From a virus, in the IMG/VR virus record IMGVR_UViG_3300045988_170206, positions 1-64,000 of that record: a stretch of 64,000 nucleotides of DNA. One strand, written 5' to 3'. How positions within the stretch are numbered: the first letter of the stretch is position 1; each line of letters starts with the position of its first letter. Position numbers and translations under genes: made by a program. Below, one piece after another: positions 58,619 through 64,000 of this stretch. The notes below the pieces were generated by a model, which was given only the letters and a program-made list of their open reading frames with translations, had not been told where the DNA came from and did no database searches.

Positions 58619-59733
58619 GCCTGCTCCTTGACGACGTTGAAGGCGACGTGGCCGAGGCGTAGGAGTGCGCCGTCGGGGACGATGGTGGGGGTGTGTGGTT
58701 GGAGGCGGTGTGCGCCGATGTGGGTACCGTTCTTGGAGCCCAGGTCGGTGACGATGACTTGGCCGTCCTGCTCGTAGATCTGGGCGTGGCTGCGGCTGAG
58801 GCTGCTGTCGCGGCTGACGCTGATCTCGCTGCGTGTGGAGGAGCGCCCGATGATGACGGGGCGGGTGAGGATCGGCCAGCTTTCCTCTGTGGTGAGGCTG
58901 TGGAGGCTGTAGGTCGTGGCCGTGGGTTCGTCGTCGTCGAAGAAGCCGGTCATGTCGTCTTCGTTGGTTGCGGCGGATGCTACCGGCTTGGGTACGACAG
59001 GCGCAGGGGCGACGGGCGCGGGGGCAGGTGCGGGGCGCACCGGGGTTTCGACAACTGGAGTTGGCGCGGGAGCCGGTGCTAGAGGTGGCGTAACCGGCGC
59101 GGGGGACTGAACGATGGGGGCCGGTGGGGCTGGAGGTTCAGGGAGCGTCGGCGCAGGGAGAGCTGCTTGTGGCTGTGGCGGCTCTGGGGCTACTACCGGC
59201 GGGGCTGGCGGCTGCGGGGTGGACGCACGGTCGAACAGGGACTTGCGTGCGGGTTGTGGGGTCATCATGGCCTCGAGCTCGGCCACCGCTGACTGTTCGA
59301 CGGCTGGGATGCTCTTGTCCTTGACTGATGAGCGTAGGGCTGCTGCGAGAGCGTCGGGAGTGCCGATGGTCGCGAGAGGACCGTTGGCGGGGGCAACGAT
59401 CTGGCTGAGCGTTACGGGCGACAGGTTGGTGGATACGAGGCGAGGTCCGCCGTTTGCGAGCGCCGCCCAGTGTGGTGCGACCTTGGGCATGATGAAGGTC
59501 CACAGGTTGAAGGTGGGGTTGTCCTGCGGCGGTGCGACGGCGACCCAGAAGTCGCCTTGGCCGTTGGTGACGATGCCGGTTGCTGTGCGGTAGTCGCCTC
59601 CTTCACGGATGAAAGCTCGCCACACGTTGATGATGCCGTCGAGGGAGGCTTTCCCGTTGAGGGTTTCGACGGGGGCGAGTCCGAGCTGCTGTGCGTGGGC
59701 TGCGGGGACGGCTGTCATTGGGGTGATGGTCAT
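58615..59733 (-). CDS. FHA-domain protein (N-terminal unknown domain, Pro-rich linker, C-terminal FHA)
   Basis: C-terminus VIIGRSSTRSEISVSRDSSLSRSHAQIYEQDGQVIVTDLGSKNGTHI (G-R ... S-x-x-H ... N-G). ATG at 59733, 8 nt after the upstream stop. The Pro/Ser-rich 73-aa extension in the ORF track was rejected. Confidence 0.8.
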   Translation of the reverse strand: MTITPMTAVPAAHAQQLGLAPVETLNGKASLDGIINVWRAFIREGGDYRTATGIVTNGQGDFWVAVAPPQDNPTFNLWTFIMPKVAPHWAALANGGPRLVSTNLSPVTLSQIVAPANGPLATIGTPDALAAALRSSVKDKSIPAVEQSAVAELEAMMTPQPARKSLFDRASTPQPPAPPVVAPEPPQPQAALPAPTLPEPPAPPAPIVQSPAPVTPPLAPAPAPTPVVETPVRPAPAPAPVAPAPVVPKPVASAATNEDDMTGFFDDDEPTATTYSLHSLTTEESWPILTRPVIIGRSSTRSEISVSRDSSLSRSHAQIYEQDGQVIVTDLGSKNGTHIGAHRLQPHTPTIVPDGALLRLGHVAFNVVKEQA

Positions 59734-59740
59734 TGTCTGC

Positions 59741-61222
59741 TCACTTTCCGCTGGAGGGGTTTCCGGCGAGGACGCGGAACCAGATCGGATTGGTGGATCG
59801 GTCGTAGGAGGCTCCCCAGATGAGGTAGAGCTCGGAGAGTCGCGTAGAGGAGGTCCAGGACTCGAGAGTCCCAGATTCACCTGGCGCGAGGGTAACGCTG
59901 TTCGTGAGGCCGTACACGGTGCCGGTCCTGGTGTAGGGGTTGCGTGTGGCATCGACGAGGGTGTCGTCGGGGGTGAGTGTGATGGTCTCGGTGCCGAGGT
60001 TGCGGACCTTGAACGTGTAGAAGGCGTACTGCACTTCGCTCGCTTCGACGAAGCCTCGGTTTTGTGCAGACTTTTGGCTCATGGCGCGGAATGCGTCGGG
60101 GCCGGTGAGGAACGCACTGAGGGTAACTTCGATGGGGGTGTCGGTACCGTCGGTGGTTTTGACGACGACGGGCGTGTTCAGACCTGCGGGAGCGTTGAAG
60201 GTGCCATCTCCAACTCGGGGGAGCGCGCTCGTATCAGGCAGGGATCCGTCTTGTCCTGCACTGGTGAGGGCGTGTGCGCCGATCCAGTTGGGCTCGGTGT
60301 AGTAGTTATCCGCGTATTTGCGGCTGGTTTTGGCTTCTTCGGTGTCTTCGTCGCGCGTGGTGGCGGTAGTATGCTCGGGATCGAGAGCGTCTACGGCGAG
60401 TTCGCTGAATGTGTCTTGGAGCTTGTGGAAGCTGTCGGACGCGAACAGGGTGTCATCCATATACACGTCCTCAGCGCTGGAGAGTCGGCAGGAGGAGCCG
60501 AGGCCGGTGCCGGTGCAGTCCATGACGGGAGGGCGGCTGACGGTGGTCGTGGGGAGGTTGGCGGCGTTGGCTGCAATGTAGCTGGCGAACGCATCCGTGA
60601 CTTTACGGCTGAACTCCACGTCGCTGATCGACGTGAGCTTCGCTTTGGCGAGCGCGTCCTTCACGCCGGTCTTGTCGAGGGTGACTGCCCCGTAGTCTAC
60701 GAGCTGGAAGTCCACGTTCTCACCGTTGTTGAGCGTCGAGGGGGCGGTGGTGGGTTTCCAGGTGAAGGGGTTGCGGTGGGGCTGGCCTGTCCAAGTGAGC
60801 TGCCCAGTTTCAGGAAGCTGGTAGGTGACGGTGGCGAGGATGGCTCGCACGGCGTTGGTGCGTGCTTCGTTACCGTTGAGGTAGTCGTACTCCCGCGCCA
60901 CCCAGGACTGCTCGATGACCGAGTTGAGTCCGTCGGTGTCGAAGTCGTGGAGGGCCGTCATGTAGGGCACGAACGTGGAGGTGCCTTTAGCGGCCTCGGG
61001 GAGGCTCTTCGCCGGCGGGACAATGACCCCGAAGTAGGTGCCGATCAGTGCGACGGGCACTAGGGCGATGAGGGAGCGCTTGAGGAGCTTCTTCTTTCCG
61101 CGCTTCTTCTTGGCTGACGTTGCAGGTGTAGCGGGTGACCCCCACGAGTCCCAGGCCTCGCCTTGCGCGGGCACGTTGTTCTGCATGGGGGTGGTGGGGA
61201 TGTTGGTGTCCCAAGAAGCCAT
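59741..61222 (-). CDS. Bitopic membrane protein with ~410-aa exported domain (493 aa)
   Basis: Cytoplasmic Lys-rich tail KKKRGKKKLLKR and TM segment SLIALVPVALIGTYFGVIV. No motif recognised. Confidence 0.65.
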   Translation of the reverse strand: MASWDTNIPTTPMQNNVPAQGEAWDSWGSPATPATSAKKKRGKKKLLKRSLIALVPVALIGTYFGVIVPPAKSLPEAAKGTSTFVPYMTALHDFDTDGLNSVIEQSWVAREYDYLNGNEARTNAVRAILATVTYQLPETGQLTWTGQPHRNPFTWKPTTAPSTLNNGENVDFQLVDYGAVTLDKTGVKDALAKAKLTSISDVEFSRKVTDAFASYIAANAANLPTTTVSRPPVMDCTGTGLGSSCRLSSAEDVYMDDTLFASDSFHKLQDTFSELAVDALDPEHTTATTRDEDTEEAKTSRKYADNYYTEPNWIGAHALTSAGQDGSLPDTSALPRVGDGTFNAPAGLNTPVVVKTTDGTDTPIEVTLSAFLTGPDAFRAMSQKSAQNRGFVEASEVQYAFYTFKVRNLGTETITLTPDDTLVDATRNPYTRTGTVYGLTNSVTLAPGESGTLESWTSSTRLSELYLIWGASYDRSTNPIWFRVLAGNPSSGK

Positions 61223-61231
61223 GTCTTTTCC

Positions 61232-61858
61232 TTACCCGAATATGTTGCTGAAGAAGGTATCTGCGTTCGCCGTGTCTTCCGGCTCTGGTTCCGGCTCTGG
61301 CTCGTCTGCCCTGTGGGGCGATGGAGTGTCGTCGATGCGGGGGGCGAAGTCGTCCTCGTTGTCACCCGTGGGGAACACCCAAGGGCTCACAGCGTTAGAA
61401 CCAGTTGTTTCCACCTGAACCTGTTGGGGTTCTTGGGGTTTTTGCTGGGTTCTGAGCAGTTCTCGGACGAGGGATTCAAGCTCGTCCATACGGTCGTCCT
61501 TCTTGGGCTGTGCCTGTGGGGCCTGAACGACGACCTGCGGTTGTACGGGCGCAACCTGCTCGAAGTAGCTTATCCCCTGCTGTGTGCGCATGGTGAGTGA
61601 GTCAAGCATGAACTGGAGGCGGTCGTTCTCCCGCTGCGCTTCATCCAGGGCTGTTTGGAGCTGAGCGCGCTCGAAGTCTTCCTCGTAGCCGAGCATGACG
61701 TTGACGATGCGTCGCACTTCCTCATTGTCGCGGTAAGCGGTCAGTAGGGTGATGACGAGGGGGGATGCCTGCCGTTGCTGAGCGAACGGGCGGATCACGT
61801 CGTCGTAGATGTCCTGCGGGAGGCCCTTGACGACCAGTGTGTGTTTACTCGATGACAT
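61232..61858 (-). CDS. Possible ribbon-helix-helix DNA-binding protein with coiled coil (ParR/ParG-like adaptor candidate)
   Basis: N-terminus KHTLVVKGLPQDIYDDVIRPF looks like an RHH beta-strand + helix. Central coiled coil (FERAQLQTALDEAQRENDRLQFMLDSL) and an acidic tail. The ATG overlaps the upstream gene by 14 nt. Confidence 0.45.
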   Translation of the reverse strand: MSSSKHTLVVKGLPQDIYDDVIRPFAQQRQASPLVITLLTAYRDNEEVRRIVNVMLGYEEDFERAQLQTALDEAQRENDRLQFMLDSLTMRTQQGISYFEQVAPVQPQVVVQAPQAQPKKDDRMDELESLVRELLRTQQKPQEPQQVQVETTGSNAVSPWVFPTGDNEDDFAPRIDDTPSPHRADEPEPEPEPEDTANADTFFSNIFG

Positions 61859-63206
61859 CGGTCAGCCTATCTCCCTCGCGGACAACGTTCGTAGCAACTG
61901 ATCTGGCGATGAACTGGATCAACTGCTGCGCCTGCCCAGCTGTTGAGGGTTTGTAGATGAGGGCTCGAGGCTGAGGGTTCAGGCCTCCGAGGTTGATGAG
62001 GGTCGCTCGTAGCGACTGGATGATTCCGTCGATGATGACGGTGGGGAGCTTGTGGGCTGCGAACGCCATGTAGAGGACGCGCGCGACCATGCTGTTGGCG
62101 GGTGGGCCGACGAGGATGATCTGCTTGCCGTCGTGGGCGACCTGTGCGAGGCGAGCTGCCCAGTCCACGAGCAGATAGGAGAGGTCGTTCATGTAGGAGC
62201 GCGCTCCCATGGTGATGAAGCTGACCTGGTTGACACTGGTGTCCGTGTAGGGGACCGGGCCGGTGCCTTTGGTGAGCCATGTGCGCCCATCGGTCACATC
62301 GTTGGTGCCGAAGCGGTAGTCGATGAGGCTGTCCACGTTCAGGTCGATGATGCAGACGGGACCGTTGTAGGCGAGTTCTGCGGCGTACTTCTGGATGAGC
62401 TTGTACGTCGTTTGGACGGCTCCCCCGGTGCCGGGGAAGAGCACGTGTAGGCTCTTGACGACCGTCGGTGAGAGTGTGGCGACCGTCGGCAGGCTCAGCG
62501 TCAGGATGGAGTCTGCGTTGGAGAATGCGTCAAGGCGCGCGAACGGGGATCGCTCAAAAGCTGCGAGCCGTTTGCGGAGTTCCACGTCACTGCCGCCGTG
62601 CATGACCTGCTTTTCGAGTTCGGCCTTTTCTCGGGCGAGGCGCGTCGCGTCGGCTTCGAGCGCGGCAATGCGGTCACTCTCTGACGCTCGAGTGTTCAGG
62701 AGAGCTTCCTGTTCCGCGAGCTTCTGGTTCGCTGCGTCGAGGTCGGCTTGCAGTCGCGCCACGTCGGCATTGGGGGACGTGACGGCAGGCGCGACAGTTG
62801 AGGTGGCCAGTTGGGGAGTCACCGTGTTAGCTCCTTGAGCGGCGGCAAACGTGGCGAGCACCTGCATGAAGGCTGTGGGATCTAGCGGCTGTTCTCCCGT
62901 GGGAGCGTCGAGCTTCGCTCCTCGAGCATTCAGAGCTTCAGCGAGGCGCGCGTCAGTTGAGTAGGGGATGTACTTGTCGGTGCTCACGATGCTGGGTGCG
63001 ATGCGACCACTATCCGCGTACCCGTCAGGGACGATGAAGGCCACCACGTCATTGCGCGTGGCGCTCCTGTGCGACTGGAGCTTGAGGCTGGTGGCTGACA
63101 CTTCCGACAGTTCGACAACATCCTCAGCCCCGTAAATCTGCGCGAAGCCCTCGCGTGCGAGTTTCACCGCGGAGGCGGGGAGGCCGTAGTAGTAGGCCTT
63201 GAACAT
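61845..63206 (-). CDS. Hypothetical protein (453 aa): receiver-like N-domain, coiled coil, degenerate ParA/MinD-like C-domain (TadZ/CpaE-like, tentative)
   Basis: AGGAAGGAG RBS. Coiled coil ADVARLQADLDAANQKLAEQEALL...RLAREKAELEKQ. LHVLFPGTGGAVQTTYKLIQKYAAELAYNGPVCIIDLN sits where ParA has KGGxGKT...vlviDlD, but the P-loop Lys/Thr are absent. Confidence 0.6.
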   Translation of the reverse strand: MFKAYYYGLPASAVKLAREGFAQIYGAEDVVELSEVSATSLKLQSHRSATRNDVVAFIVPDGYADSGRIAPSIVSTDKYIPYSTDARLAEALNARGAKLDAPTGEQPLDPTAFMQVLATFAAAQGANTVTPQLATSTVAPAVTSPNADVARLQADLDAANQKLAEQEALLNTRASESDRIAALEADATRLAREKAELEKQVMHGGSDVELRKRLAAFERSPFARLDAFSNADSILTLSLPTVATLSPTVVKSLHVLFPGTGGAVQTTYKLIQKYAAELAYNGPVCIIDLNVDSLIDYRFGTNDVTDGRTWLTKGTGPVPYTDTSVNQVSFITMGARSYMNDLSYLLVDWAARLAQVAHDGKQIILVGPPANSMVARVLYMAFAAHKLPTVIIDGIIQSLRATLINLGGLNPQPRALIYKPSTAGQAQQLIQFIARSVATNVVREGDRLTDVIE

Positions 63207-63232
63207 GCTGGGCTCCTTCCTATGTGGTGGGG

Positions 63233-63296
63233 CCTCCGCGCCCCTACCTGTTCGACTGGGTGAGCAGGGGGCCAGTGAACCGTGGGGGCGCGGAGG
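63233..63296 (-). terminator. Long-loop hairpin between the actin-like gene and the next gene
   Basis: 12-bp stem CCTCCGCGCCCC (63233-63244) / GGGGCGCGGAGG (63285-63296) with a 40-nt loop. Function uncertain (attenuator or protein-binding site). Confidence 0.3.
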
Positions 63297-63307
63297 GGCT
63301 TGTGGGA

Positions 63308-64000
63308 TTACTTCTTCGCGTTCTTGTCGGCGAATCGCGCGAAGTTGATGGCACCTTCAATGTTGAGGGTGCGCAGGTTGACGCCCTCCTTGATGGGGAG
63401 GAGTTCGATGTCGGGGGCGAAGGAGCGGACCTGACGTACAACCGACTCAGCGATGGGTTCCATCTCTTCTGCCCTGTCGAGAGAGGGGTCTGTCTGTTCC
63501 GTCTTGATCGCGCCGCCGCCTATGACGAGGAGGTAGGCGAACTCATCGGGCGCGAAGCGGTTGGCTTCGAAGGTGTTTCGCAGGTTGGCCGTGATAGTGC
63601 CTGCAACCTCGTTGCGGGCGGCGTTGACCTGGCGGGACACGTCCTTGCGCTTCACGCCTGAACGGATGGTGCCGGTGAGGACCGCTTCTGTGGCGGCTTC
63701 ACGGGAGAGTGCGCGACCGTGTTCCTGGTGCACGTACTTGGCGACCAGGGAGGCAATGGTGTTGCCGCCAACGGGGTAGGAAGCGGACGCGGACGTAATG
63801 GGGTTGAGGTTCTTGATGAACGTCACGTCGGCAGTGCCGGCCCCGAGGTCGAGGACAATGATCGGCTCGTTTACACAGTCTGCATAGTCGGCGACTGTGC
63901 CCATCGCAGGAGTGAAGACGGTGGCACTGAAGCCTGCCAGACCCTCCGCGAGGACGGACACGTCGCCCACCTTGATCGGGATGCTGACACGCTCAGGAGC
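63308..64000 (-). CDS. Actin-like ATPase (ParM/StbA/Alp-type), N-terminus beyond window edge
   Basis: Phosphate-2 motif IIVLDLGAGTADVTFI and adenosine motif YLLVIGGGA. The frame stays open upstream of the ORF-track GTG (..APERVSIPIKVGDVSV) to nt 64000. Confidence 0.7.
   Translation of the reverse strand, partial: APERVSIPIKVGDVSVLAEGLAGFSATVFTPAMGTVADYADCVNEPIIVLDLGAGTADVTFIKNLNPITSASASYPVGGNTIASLVAKYVHQEHGRALSREAATEAVLTGTIRSGVKRKDVSRQVNAARNEVAGTITANLRNTFEANRFAPDEFAYLLVIGGGAIKTEQTDPSLDRAEEMEPIAESVVRQVRSFAPDIELLPIKEGVNLRTLNIEGAINFARFADKNAKK

Larger units (their letters stand above)
5442..64000 (-). mobile_element. Segment of a conjugative element (ICE or conjugative plasmid); left edge probably in 5180-5440, right end outside window
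   Basis: 58.5 kb of uninterrupted minus-strand genes. They include a T4CP, VirB4, a VirB6-like protein, an NlpC/P60 hydrolase, an actin-like partition ATPase and many small orphan cargo genes. This contrasts with the plus-strand surface-enzyme genes to the left. Confidence 0.7.

Noticed and set aside
1-64000. CRISPR arrays, rRNA genes, IS transposases, integrase/recombinase, relaxase
   Set aside because: No regularly spaced direct repeats with unique spacers were seen. No ORF showed transposase DDE, tyrosine/serine recombinase or relaxase (HxDxxxPHxH / Y-containing MOB) motifs on inspection. Their absence is stated, not proven, and HMM searches are needed.
5442-64000. Prophage interpretation of the unidirectional gene block
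   Set aside because: No terminase, portal, capsid, tail or lysis cassette was recognisable. VirB4, the FtsK-like T4CP, the VirB6-like protein and the NlpC/P60 hydrolase instead point to a conjugative element.

Overview
High-GC (roughly 60-65% by eye) Gram-positive, actinobacterial-type DNA, judged from LAxTG/LPxTG sorting signals, a class C sortase pilus locus and GGAGG/GAAAGG-type RBSs. All functional calls come from reading motifs by eye; no database search was possible.

nt 1-5149: three plus-strand secreted or wall-anchored genes, each followed by a hairpin terminator. They are an MBL-fold hydrolase with cell-wall-binding repeats (5' truncated), a Pro-rich LAKTG surface protein, and a GH16 glucanase with an LAKTG anchor.

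nt ~5180-5430: a convergent-terminator gap holding a 21-bp-phased CTATGAC repeat array between two related hairpins.

nt 5442-64000: every credible gene (about 60) is on the minus strand. Genes are tightly packed with many ATGA/GTGA start-stop overlaps, giving a one-directional mobile-element backbone. In transcription order (right to left):
- actin-like (ParM/Alp-type) ATPase (partial), a TadZ/CpaE-like pseudo-ParA protein and an RHH-like protein
- an exported 493-aa protein, an FHA protein, a PP2C phosphatase and a Hanks Ser/Thr kinase
- a 1463-aa Ig-like-repeat surface protein, an LPxTG adhesin, a YPKN/E-box major pilin, and a class C sortase with four coupled orphans
- a Gram-positive (MPF-FATA-like) type IV secretion/conjugation set: exported TM paralogs, a 1613-aa VirB6-like protein, an NlpC/P60 hydrolase, two more TadZ-like proteins, a VirB4 ATPase, a VirB8/TcpC-like candidate and an FtsK/SpoIIIE-type coupling protein
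- about 14 kb of small, mostly orphan cargo genes: SpoVG-like, metallophosphoesterase, HD, a LigA Zn-finger/HhH-only protein, DUF805, DUF4326, a SAM methyltransferase and a four-gene tandem paralog array
- a lower-GC 865-aa orphan

No rRNA, tRNA, CRISPR, relaxase, integrase or phage structural gene was recognised.

Most interesting observations:
- the kinase/phosphatase/FHA triad and the sortase pilus embedded in the transfer super-operon
- three TadZ-like pseudo-ATPases
- the candidate leading-region/anti-defence cargo
- the phased repeat array at the element edge
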